In this document: piece by piece, positions 51,375-62,812 of the stretch
How positions within the stretch are numbered: position 1 is the first letter of the stretch
Layout: every line of letters starts with the position of its first letter
Assembly: GCF_006345805.1 (NCBI RefSeq)
Contig: NC_043015.1
Location: forward strand, 13,392,001 to 13,456,000
Origin: Octopus sinensis
Lineage: Eukaryota
Length of the DNA stretch: 64,000 nucleotides
Reading direction: 5' to 3'
Made by a program: the position numbers and the translations under genes
The notes under the pieces: generated by a model
Seen by the model: only the letters and a program-made list of their open reading frames with translations
The model's database searches: none
Told to the model about the DNA's origin: nothing

Positions 51375-52600
51375 TTCTTCCCTTCCCCTGCCCACGCTGC
51401 CGCACTTGCCCTTACCTCTACAACACCACCCTCCTCACCGGCATCCACCATCGACCCTATCACATCACCGACTCCTTCACCTGCACTTCTACCAATGTCA
51501 TCTACTGAATCTCCTGATCTCTCTGCCCTTCTCTAAACATCGGGCAAACGGGACGCCGCTTGGCTGCCTGGTTCGCGGAACACCTCCGAGACATCCGACT
51601 CGGCAATGACACTCAGGTCTCGCGCCATTTCCGCTCTACCAGTCATTCTTTGCAACACCTGTCCGCATTCGGATTGTCTTTGCACAGAGGCCATCCGGAC
51701 TCCCGTTTGCGCCGTGAACAGGGATTAATCATCTCCCTTCACTCTTTTGCGTCACATGGGCTCAACTATCCTACCTTCTTCATCGAACCTCTTCCCCTCG
51801 CCTCTCTCCCCTTCACACCTACTTCCTCCCACCCACCCACCCACCTCTCCTCTCTTGCTCCGACTCCTATTTCTCTTCACTCCTACTCTCCTTCTCTCTT
51901 CTCTTTACTCCTACCCACCTTCTCTTTCACCCCTTCATCGTCATCCCTCCCTGGTAACCCCATCCCACCCCTACACATTCCACACCACCTTCCCTATCCT
52001 TCCCATCCCACCCCACCCTATCCCTTACACACACTCCCGTATGCCCCACATCTACCCCCACCCTCTGCCTACCTACATACCCCATCTCTACCCCCACCCT
52101 CAGCCTAACCCACACGCACCCTTGTTTTCCCCACTCTCGACTCCTCCATATCCCAATACCATCACACCACACCACACACCACTACATACACCACCATACC
52201 ATACAACATATCACATCACATCACACCAACGCGCACACACCAGCACTGACCACTTCCCAGCCCCACACTTTCACGCCTACACATATACACACGCAAACGT
52301 CAAGGTCACCAGCCCTCTTCCATACACACATACATACTCACTTATACACACGCACGCACACCTTCGTTTTGGGATCACCACTACTTTATTATCTCCTATT
52401 CTTCCTAGATTTCCTGTGTGATCCTTTTGTCCGGCATTCGCCATGATAGCTCGCTAGCCACTTCACATTCTTTATTTTCTCTCCTTGTTTTTTTTTCTGT
52501 GTTCCTTTCTGTGGAAGAGCGTAGGCTCGAAACGTTAAAGACTTTTTCACTTCCCGAGCTTTTGTTGTCTGTAGCACCTGTCTTCGTCTTTTATTATTTT
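51375..52600 (+). mobile_element. Penelope family 2, 3' part (GIY-YIG, 3' UTR, terminal repeat)
   Basis: PCPRCRTCPYL...FTCTSTNVIY*IS*SLCPSLNIGQTGRRLAAWFAEHLRDIRLG. Confidence 0.85.
52505..52540 (+). ncRNA. Hammerhead-like motif with non-canonical core (U6, extra A)
   Basis: CTTT CTGTGGA A GAGC-GTAG-GCTC GAAA CG TT AAAG. A second copy at 41935-41968 (-) has CTGTCGA. Confidence 0.4.
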
Positions 52601-52715
52601 CTTTGTGAATTCACCTTATATATATTTATTTACTTTTATGTATATATATATATATATATACATAAAAGTAAATAAATACTGGAAAGCAATACTCTCGTAT
52701 TGCATTACTATTTTC

Positions 52716-52755
<40 letters not shown>

Positions 52756-52767
52756 TATGTGTATATA

Positions 52768-52897
<130 letters not shown>

Positions 52898-52925
52898 TGT
52901 GTGTGTGTGTGCGTGTCTGTGTGTA

Positions 52926-54193
52926 CTGGGTTGACAAGAAAGTAATTTCATTTTTTGCAAAGCGCTAGAGTTACGATCTTTTAAAAAAACTTTTGTCAAT
53001 GTTATGATTTTTTCTTTGACATTTGATAGCCGTTACTTTTTGCTTACTTTAGAAACAAATTGCGCGTAATTTTGTTTACACCTGTTAGTTCAGTGTCAAT
53101 TTTAACATAGTGTGCGAAAACGAACATTTTCCCCATATTTTGCTCTTTTATTTCCGTAAAAGCAAGAAAGCTGCTGGGGCTCACAAAGACACAGGTGAAG
53201 TTTATGGTGATGATTGCTTAACAGAACGCACATGTCAGAAATGGTTTAAAAAATTCCCTTATGGAAATTTTTCAGTTAAAGATGACCAACGCTCTGGTCG
53301 ATCTACTGAATGACCGAATCAAATCCATAATTGAATCTGAGAGTCATATAACTGTATTAGAGATTGCAGAGAGGTTAAATGTATCACATACAACTGTTGA
53401 AAATCACTTAAAATGTCTTGGACTCATTAAGAAGCTCAATATTTTGGTTCCACATAAATGGAAAGAGATTTCCTTTATACAACGAATCAATACTTTAAAT
53501 ATATTAATCTCAAACGCAGTGAAATCGACCTTTTTTTTTGAAGTAATTCATCACTGGTGATGAAAAATGGAGTGTCTTCAATAACATCAATAGAAAACGA
53601 TCATGGTCCAAGCGTATTGAACCAGCACAAACCATATCGAAATCTGAATTGCAGCAAAAAACGGTCATGCTTTCAATTTGGTGGGATTACAAAGGCGTTC
53701 TGTATTTTGAGCTGCTTCCAAGGAATCACACGATCATTTCAGATGTTTACTGTCAACAACTAATGAAACTGAGGGAAGCAATCAAAGAAAAACGGCCAGA
53801 ATTGGCAAATCGTAAAGAATCGTGTTCCACCATGACGACACTAGACCACACACGTCTTTACTAACTCGTGAAAAATTATCGTTGCTTGTTTGGGAAATGA
53901 TGTCACATCCATCATATAGCTCTGACCTTGCACCATCAGACTACCAGTTATTTCGAAGTTTGAAAAATTCTTTGAATGGTGAAACTTTCAATAATGATGA
54001 TGATATGAAATATCACTTGTTCAGTTTTTAGGTGATAAGGACCAGAAGTTCTATAAGCGCGGAATCATGAAGTTGCCAGAAAGATGGCAAAAGATCATCG
54101 AACAAAATGGAAAATATATAGTTCATTCTTTGTATGAAAAAAATGACTTTTATTTCACACTAAAAAAACTAAATTACTTTTTTGCCAAGCCAA
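52926..54193 (+). mobile_element. Full-length decayed mariner (mellifera-subfamily-like)
   Basis: TA|CTGGGTTGACAAGAAAGTAATT...AATTACTTTTTTGCCAAGCCAA|TA. Frames give HFPHILLFYFRK, WDYKGVLYFELL, FHHDDTRPH and YSSDLAPSDYQLF. Confidence 0.92.
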
Positions 54194-54829
54194 TATGTGT
54201 GTGTGCGCTCGCGGATGTGTGTTTCACAGTACAACTTGAAAACCAATGTTGGTGTGTTTACGTCCCCGTAACTTAGCGATTCAGCAAAAGAGGCCGATAG
54301 AATAAGCAGTTCGCCTAAAAAATATGTCCTGGTGTCGCTTTGTTCGACTAAAACACTTCAAAGCGGTGCCCCAGCATGGCCGCAGTCAAGTAAGAGATAA
54401 AAGATTTTTTTTCTTTCTCAGTTGTTGACAGTTTCATTCACGTGTTTTAACGATTGGTCTGCATTTTGATTTCATGTTTAGAACAAACTAAAGTTTTCTG
54501 TTTTTTTTCCTTCCTTGTTAAGTCCAAAACAAACATACTTCACGATGTGGGTTTACATAACTTGTTTACTTATTATATACTGACACACTTCACTAGCGAC
54601 TGATAAACAACGTGATGTTTTGTCTCGCTCTCCACTATAATCGTTCTAATATAGTCCAGGCCAGAAAACCGTGGTGGAGAGAACAGTCAATTATTCTGAG
54701 CCGTATACGTGACTGATACTTCATTGTATCGACCACGGAAGGATGAGATCAAAGTTGAATTCAGTGGGGTTAAATGTAGGTCGTAAAGGAACAAAACACA
54801 TATTGATATCAAATCTTGGCACAACACCA

Positions 54830-54985
54830 GGACATTAACCTCAGTACTCAACTTGTACTTATTTTATCGACCCTGAAAGGCAAAATCGACCTCGGCGGAA
54901 TTTGAACGCAGAACGTGAAGACGGATGAGAATATCGCTAAGCATTTCGCTCGGCGTGCTAACGCTTCTGCGAGCTCGCCACCTTG
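54830..54985 (-). mobile_element. SINE family A (degenerate)
   Basis: aaatcgacctcggcggaatttgaacgcagaac. Confidence 0.75.
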
Positions 54986-55145
54986 GAGAAAACAAATATT
55001 CCAAGGTATTTTATCACCATTCTCACAGTATTACCCTTCTCAGTAAAAATGCCAGTAAAATTTGTTTTTATTTCATCTTGGTACGTTTGCGTTTTTTTAA
55101 ATTTCTGTGAGTATATGTGTGTATATGTATGTGCAAGTGAACGTG

Positions 55146-55214
<69 letters not shown>

Positions 55215-55796
55215 GAGAGAGATGTGACCGAATGGTTAAGACCTCCTGGGTGGGATCTTAGTCTGTGGAACCATACAATCATTGGGTCATACGTGCATAC
55301 GGACAATGGAAGCCAACTATTTTAACTCGCTTGACAACACCTTTAACCAACTTGATGTTGGATATTTCTACCAACCACGGATTTTCATACTCTAAGGAAC
55401 AAAAAGGTCAACACTTCATATAGGTTCTCTAAATATCGCCCTTATTTCTAAATTAAAATTTTCCCTTCTCTTTCGAATTCCATCCATCTTACCTATTTTA
55501 TTTGCTAAAAACATTCAGAAACCATGGTCCAGTAAATAGATGGTAAATGTTTTTATTTTTCATTCCCTTCGAGATTTTATCCTTAATTAGTGGTTTGGAC
55601 TTTAGCTGTTCCTTCTAGCATAAGGGAGTCCTATGATGGATACCTCTTAATGTGTTTAAATGTACACTGTATCTTATATGAATAATATATGGTCAATTGA
55701 CTAGTACGCTAGGCCACTGGTAGTAAAAATTTCTAAAATCTTATTACCCTGATATTATTAATTATGTATGTATATATATATATATATATATATATA

Positions 55797-55928
55797 CTTT
55801 ATTTAAAGCAGCAGAAAATTCAACAAAATCTGTTACTCTGAGTTTCTCGTTGCCGTTCTGTCTGATGAACGGCAACGAGAAACTCAGAGTAACAGATTTT
55901 GTTGAATTTTCTGCTGCTTTAAATAAAG
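55797..55928. repeat. Perfect 62-bp inverted repeat with 8-nt loop
   Basis: 55797-55858 is the exact reverse complement of 55867-55928; loop tgtctgat. Confidence 0.95.
55857..55896 (+). ncRNA. Minimal type-I hammerhead motif at the hairpin apex
   Basis: TCTGT CTGATGA A-CG-GCAA-CG-A GAAA CTCAGAG TA ACAGA; cleavage triplet GUA. Confidence 0.7.
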
Positions 55929-56109
55929 CATATTACTCTACCACTGGTATTTGAGTACTCTTTTTTCCACCTTGTTTCACATTTATGTGTTTACTCCGGT
56001 ATATATATATATATATACAAAATGGAACAAGAACACAGAACATCCAGATAGACGCTACAAAGAAAACAAGGACGGGCCATTCGGAGTTTTTTTTTCCTCA
56101 GTCGAGATC

Positions 56110-56125
56110 CAGATTATCTTTGCAA

Positions 56126-56194
<69 letters not shown>

Positions 56195-56405
56195 TTGTGT
56201 GTCTATGTTTCTGTTTTCCTCTCCCCAACATCGCTTGAAACCGATCTTGATGTGTTTACGTCACCGTAAGTAAGCGGTAGAGCAAAAGAGACCAATAGAA
56301 TAAGTACTAGGCGTACAAAGAATAAGTACTGGGGTCATTTTGCTCGGCTAAAGGTGGTGCTCCAGCATGGCCGCAGTAATATGATTGAAATAAATAAAGG
56401 AATAA
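56110..56405 (+). mobile_element. SINE family C, 3' half
   Basis: Matches the 3' half of 18441-18850; a similar piece lies at 54200-54405. Confidence 0.75.
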
Positions 56406-56429
56406 ATTAGTTGCTTTGGATTTTTCTTC

Positions 56430-56790
56430 TTTTTTTTTTTTGCTTTGTATCCTGTGTCCATCAGTACATTGGGCAGCCATCTCCCTTCACGTGTTTGATC
56501 GGCTGCTACTTTTGCACATCGATTCAACATAATGTCGGCTATCTTCAAGTCGTCTTGAAATGTCCACCGCAAGGCGGTCTTCGACTTGCCCCTTTTATGC
56601 CTGTTTTAGAACAACGTTGATCGGCTTGACGGAGAATATGGCCAACCAGGTGGAATAGGCGCGCTACTACAATCTCTGGTAGTGGTCGTGACTTTGCTTC
56701 TCTCAGAATCTCTTCATTTGTGACACGGTCTCACCAATTGATCCTCAAGATTTTTCTGAAGCACCTTTGATTGAATAAATTTAATTTTCT
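56430..56790 (-). mobile_element. RTE-clade LINE 3' fragment
   Basis: Minus frame FNQRCFRKILRINW*DRVTNEEIL ... GHILRQ. Confidence 0.7.
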
Positions 56791-56816
56791 GTCTATGTGA
56801 CAAATTTATGCATACC

Positions 56817-57020
56817 ATAGTCGCAGGCGTGGTTGTGTGGTAAGAGTTTTGCTTCCCAACCACATGGTTCTAGTTCAATCCTACTGCGTGGCACCTTGGG
56901 CAAGTGTCTTCTACTTGCATTGTCAGTGAATTTGGTAGACGGAAACTGAAAGAATCCCATCGTATATACATATATATATATACACATATACACATATGTG
57001 TGTGTATACACACACACACG
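56817..57020 (+). mobile_element. SINE family C head
   Basis: cgcaggcgtggttgtgtggtaag...gtggcaccttgggcaagtgtctt. Confidence 0.75.
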
Positions 57021-57271
57021 TATATATATGAGTAAAGATGGCTTTTTTAAGGGGATGATTTTTATTTTAACCTTAATAAAAATTATCCCCTCCCACAAAA
57101 AGCCATCTCATTCTTTCAAATATATGTAATACGATACCAAGAACTTTCTCTTTATTATTCTATTATATATATAAGATATAAATTAGAGATAAAACCACTA
57201 TTATGCAACTCAAACAGTGATAGACATAAACCAAAACATAAATAACAAATTATATATATTTTATATATTTA

Positions 57272-57654
57272 TCTCTCTCTATATAAACGGCAGTTTGTCT
57301 GTGCGTGTTTCTGTGTGTCTGTTTACTTGTACCCTCACCCTGACCACTGCTTTCAACCGATTCTGATGAAACTTGACACACACATAGCCCAATGTCATAA
57401 TTCAAAACTAACGCAGCGAAAATTTTGAAAAGTTCCCCCAGTTCTGAAAAAAATCGATAAATTCGACATGGGGTCGAGAATTAGAAACACAAAGCGCAAA
57501 CTGTCTAGGGGACGCAACTCCACCTTTTTTAATTAAAAAAAAAATTTACCATCGTTTTTTTCCATTTTTTTGCTAATTTTTGGCTATAACTCTCTAAAAA
57601 TGCATTATAGTTATTTCCCTTACAAACCTGAGCAACGCCGGGCGATACTGCTAG
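57272..57654 (+). mobile_element. Complete non-autonomous Helitron
   Basis: Canonical termini A|TC...CTAG|T with a subterminal GC-rich hairpin (cctgagcaacgccggg). Confidence 0.85.
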
Positions 57655-58744
57655 TATATATATATATGTGTGTGTGTGTGTGTGAGTGCGTGTGTGTGTG
57701 TGAGTGTGTGTGTGTGAGTGTGTATGTGTGTGTGTATGACAACCGTTTTCTGTGTTTTCTTGCCCTATTTTCCATTTTTTCTCTCGTTGTTTGCGCATTT
57801 AACTCTTGTTTTCGTACTTCATGCCTACACAGTTGGTAACGTCCTGTACCCATATATGCATACACACACACACACACACACATATATATATTATTTACAT
57901 CATTATTTAACTGAACGCCACGCATCCATTTCCAAGTCAGTTTATCTTCACCTTTTTGATGCGTTTCTACTCTATACTGATTTTCCCCCAATCCTTCTCT
58001 AATTTTCTTTTTCTCACGTTCACCATTTTCTATCTGTCTCTCTCCCCCTTTCTCTTTTTCACTCTCTCGTTCCTCACATGTGACCATCGTCCATCTTTCT
58101 TTTCCTTACGTGACCATCTTCCTTTTCCTACACGAGGTCCTAAGGACTGGAGTTTTCTTTCGCTTCTCTTTTCTCTTTTCAAAGAAAATATTTCTCCAGC
58201 GTTCACTATTTTCCTCTCGTTCTGGTCTAACGACCCTCCGTGGTTTGTTTTCGTTCGGTTTCCTTGTATGTCTCCACTGTCCTGTTTATGTTCCCAACTT
58301 TGACCCTCCATAAATCCAAAATTTTATTTTGTAATTTATGGAAGCAACTGTCTTTGAAGACTGATATTATCGTTGAATGCTCGAAATGAGGATTAGATAG
58401 ACAGCCGACAACACATGAAAAGTCCTTTCTCTGTGTTTACTTGTTCTGTTTCTATTTTTTTCTCGTTGTTTGCGTATTTAACTCGTTTGTTTTCGTACTT
58501 TTTGCTGCTTAAACAGTTGGTGACGTCCTGTACCAATATAGGCATACACACACACACATATATATGTATATATGTATGTATACTGCGAAAACGGGGATTT
58601 TATTGATTTTTGGGGACACTTGGGGGTCTAGACTGGACACCTTTTGCCCGATTTCAATCAAATTTTCAGCATGCGAAAGTGGAAGCGGATTTGTAATTTA
58701 AGCGCGGAAAATGGGTTCGAAAATTTGAAAATTAGGTTGTGTAT

Positions 58745-58995
58745 GGAAGACCAACAGTCGCCCATGCATACCGGCCTCCTCTCTACACGCCACCAGTGTT
58801 ATCCAAGGGAAAGGCAACAGCAGATACAGCTTGGCACCTGTGACGTCGCAACTCATTTCTACAGCTGAGTGAACTGGAGCAACGTGAAATAAAGTGTCTT
58901 GCTCAAGAACACAACACGCAGCCCGGTCCGGGATTCGAGCTCACAACCTCAAGATCGTAAGCTCGACGCTCTAACCACTGAGTCATGCGCCTTCA
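58745..58995 (-). mobile_element. SINE family D head with a different tail
   Basis: Same head and CORE-like centre as 59799-60126. Confidence 0.75.
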
Positions 58996-59105
58996 CACAC
59001 ACACACATATGTATACATACACACACACATATATATGCATGTATATACATATAAATCTGTCTATCTACCTGCTTCTGTGTGTCTGTCTGTTTGTCTGTTT
59101 GTCAG

Positions 59106-59154
<49 letters not shown>

Positions 59155-59189
59155 ATATTAAAAAGGAGTGCTAATATATAAAACATGTC

Positions 59190-59566
59190 GGCACACATAC
59201 ACACATACATACATACATACATACATACATACATACATACATACATACATACATGCATACATACATGCATACATACATATGCATACATACATATGCATAC
59301 ATACATACATACATACATACATACATACATACACACATACATACATACATACATGCATACATACATGCATACATACATATGCATACATACATATGCATAC
59401 ATACATACATACATACATACATACATACACACATACATACATACATACATGCATACATACATGCATACATACATGCATACATACATATGCATACATACAT
59501 ATGCATACATACATGCATACATACATACATACATACATACATACATGCATGCATACATACATACAT

Positions 59567-59623
<57 letters not shown>

Positions 59624-59645
59624 TACATACATACATACATACATA
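59190..59645. repeat. Compound (CATA)n/(CATG)/(CA)n microsatellite
   Basis: Direct reading; the source of the spurious HTYI/MYVC ORFs. Confidence 0.95.
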
Positions 59646-59798
59646 CGTAGTCTAAAATAATTTTCATTCGTGCAGATTGATCTAACAAGCCTAAAATCAA
59701 ATATTCACCATTGTTAAAACATCTTCGAAAAATTTAGCTAAAATCTTCGTTGTATTTCCTCGAGCTTCTTATCTTTAGCAACTTTACACAAACTATCT

Positions 59799-60126
59799 TC
59801 TTAAAGACTCCGCCGGTTACGACGACGAGGGTCCCAGCTGATACGATCAACGGAACAGCTTGCTCGTGAAATTAACGTGCAAATGGCTGAGCATTCCACA
59901 GACACGTGTACCCTTAACGTAGTTCTCGGGGATAATCAGCGTGACACAGAAAGTGACAAGGCTGACCCTTTGAAATACAAGTACAACTCATTTTTGCCAG
60001 CTGAGAGGACTGGAGCAACGTGAAATAAAGTGTCTTGCTCAAGGACACAACGCGTCGCCGGGAATCGAACTCACAACCTTACGATCATGAGCCGAATGCC
60101 CTAACCACTAAGCCACGCGCCCTCAC
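59799..60126 (-). mobile_element. SINE family D
   Basis: 12-bp TSD CACAAACTATCT (59787-59798, 60127-60138); A/B boxes on the minus strand. Confidence 0.85.
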
Positions 60127-60550
60127 CACAAACTATCTAAGTTCTGCTGTATAGGCAGCACTCACACAGTGCCACAAGTGAGAGATCTTCGCTTTTGTTT
60201 TGTTAAATAACGTACCCACCAGCGCGTTTTAACTTCGTACTTGTATCATTTTGATTGCTTAACTCACTTTTCCTCTGTGGTTATTCTTATCTTGTCTTTT
60301 TTTTTTATTTGTTGACATCATACTTTTGTACCATATATTATAAATATCACTAAAAGAATGAAACAGTAATGTACGCCTTGAAAGAGCAGCCTTCTTTGGC
60401 TATATCCCCCATTACCTCTGAGAATTTGAGCGATCTGGTGGCAATGAAACAAAATAAAATTGGCGATGCGTTGCTAGAGTGGAAACTTCCAATATTTCTG
60501 TTCGCTGACGCAAACAAACTGAGCATAAGAGCATAAGAAAAAACGAGAAC

Positions 60551-60719
<169 letters not shown>

Positions 60720-61024
60720 AACTAAGTGAACAGACAAGCAAACTGTACGTCTTGGTACTTTTCCTATAAACAAACAACTGCTGGAAGTAAGGGAAAAAAC
60801 CCGAGATATGATAGCTGAATCTATATGGCTGCTTCCTTGTGTTGGGATCAGATGCACGGCAGAAACCCAGAACTCGCAGAACAGAAAGAAAGACAAGCGA
60901 TAACCCAAAAAATAAACTTTCTAAATGTAGAAATATCTACAGATGATACGAAAATATAAAATCTGGTAAATTGAATTCCTTAAATCGAATTAATTCCAAG
61001 GTTTTAAAATTTAAAATATTGTAT

Positions 61025-61101
<77 letters not shown>

Positions 61102-61139
61102 CAAACGATTCGCTGCCTTGATAATAACCCTTTCTTCTT

Positions 61140-61945
61140 AAGGCACAATGCCTGAAATTCTTGGGGAGGGGGTAAATCGATTACATCGATCCCAGTTTTT
61201 CACTGGTACTTAATTTATCGATCCCGAACGGATGAAAAGCCAAGTCGACCTCGGCGGAATTTAGAACGTAAAGACGGACTAAATGCCGCTAAGCATCTTG
61301 CCCAATGTGTTAACGATTCTGCCAGCTTGCCGCCTTAGCCGCCGTAGCCGCCTTGATAATAGTGAATAATAATTCTTTCTCCTATAGATACAAGGCCTGA
61401 AATTTGGGGGTAGGAGCTAGTCGATACACCGACCCCGGTGTTTGACTGGTACTTATTTTATCAACCCCTCAAAGAATAATTAATTCATAATTATTATGAT
61501 AATAATAATGGTTTCAAATTTTGACACAAGGCCAGTAATTTTGATTTAGTGAGTAGATTACACAACCGGAATTTATTGCGAACTGGCAGAACCGTTAGCA
61601 CGCCGGGTGAAATGCTTAGCGGTATTTCGTCTGTCGTTACGTTCTGAGTTCAAATTCCACCGAGGTCGAGTTTGCCTTTGATCCTTTCAGGGTCGATAAA
61701 TTAAGTAGCAGTTACGCGCTGGGGTCGATGTAATCGACTTAATCCCTTTGTGTGTCCTTGTTTGTCCCCTCTATGTTTAGCCCCTTGTGGGTAATAAAGA
61801 AACAGGTATTTATTTTATTGATCCTGAAAGGATGAAAGGCAAAGTCTACCTCGGTGGAATTTGAATTCAGTGCGTAAAGACGGACGAAATACCGCTGAGC
61901 ATTCTGTGAGGCGTGCAAACGATTCTTCCAGCACGCCACCTTGAT
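61140..61945. mobile_element. Three SINE family A copies in alternating orientation
   Basis: About 61140-61340 (-), 61578-61810 (+) and 61812-61942 (-). Confidence 0.8.
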
Positions 61946-62039
61946 ATGAGAAGAGCTCATCAGAGGCTGCAGAGTGCTGCTTTGAAAGCCGAAACAATAT
62001 TTATCCTAGCGGCACAAGACCAACGTCTCCTCACTCGGA

Positions 62040-62345
62040 ACCATCAAGCTAATGTCACACACAACGAAACAGACGCAAAGTGAAGACTCTTTATTGATAA
62101 ACTTGAGAGTATTGACCACAATGTTGCCGCTTGCTCAGTCCGACCATGTTTGAATTCACGATGCCAGCGTTTTACAAGGTCATATGATGGGGCATCATCA
62201 CTATAAGTTACTTTCATTTCATCAAAAGTCTCCCGTGGTGTGCGTCCTTTCAAATACAAAAACCGGATCACTGCTCGACACTCAACAGGCTCCATTTCAC
62301 ACTTGACTCGGTTCAAACACCTGTAAATCAGAAACCACAATTAAT
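62040..62345 (-). mobile_element. mariner transposase N-terminal relic (irritans-like)
   Basis: MEPVECRAVIRFLYLKGRTPRETFDEMKVTYSDDAPSYDLVKRWHREFKHGR (HTH domain). Confidence 0.85.
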
Positions 62346-62349
62346 TCAG

Positions 62350-62812
62350 AGCTGTAATTTGCCACTTACTCTATAGAGATATAAATGATTGCACATGCAA
62401 AATTTCAGCTAGATCAAACAACTGCAAGTGGGTCAGAGGCATTACTTATTGAACGTCCCTCATAATACTAAAATAGTGGAGAAGATATGATATTACTATG
62501 GGCTCGCTCTAGGCAAGAAGTTGAACATTTTTTTTTTTTTGCCCATGAAACTACATAAGGCATGTGTAAAATTTGAATGAAATTGGTTGTGTAGTTCTCA
62601 AGTTTTAGGGAATCGTAATGGAGAAGATATGATATTGCTGTGGGCTCGCCCTAGGCAAAAAGTTAAATTTCTTTTGCCGATGACACTCCCCGGACCCTAA
62701 GTAAGGCATGTGTAAAATTTGAATGAAATTGGTTGTGTAGTTCTCAAGTTTTAGGGAAACACACAGACCGACAGACAGACAAACACACATTCTCAGTTTT
62801 ATATGTATAAAG
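62350..62812 (-). mobile_element. Non-autonomous Helitron-like element with ~140-bp internal tandem duplication
   Basis: Minus 5' end A|TCTTATACATATAAAACTGAG. 62477-62611 is repeated at 62619-62757. Confidence 0.6.

Noticed and set aside
56060-56095. Minus-strand CTGAGGA...GAAT hammerhead-like motif
   Set aside because: GAAT instead of GAAA, and no convincing helix I or II.
58343-58402. Possible TTGAAGA...GAAA hammerhead in a pyrimidine-rich repeat
   Set aside because: Helix I pairs, but U3 faces G8 and helix II does not close. Too degenerate to call.
59061-59700. Multiple 135-191 aa ORFs (MYVC.../HTYI...)
   Set aside because: They are translations of a CATA/CA microsatellite. The same applies to the ORFs at 16514, 23531, 41455, 45008, 52616 and 60350.
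60353-60545. Plus-strand 55-aa ORF MYALKEQPSLAISP...
   Set aside because: No recognisable motif and no convincing splice boundaries; its length is within chance expectation.
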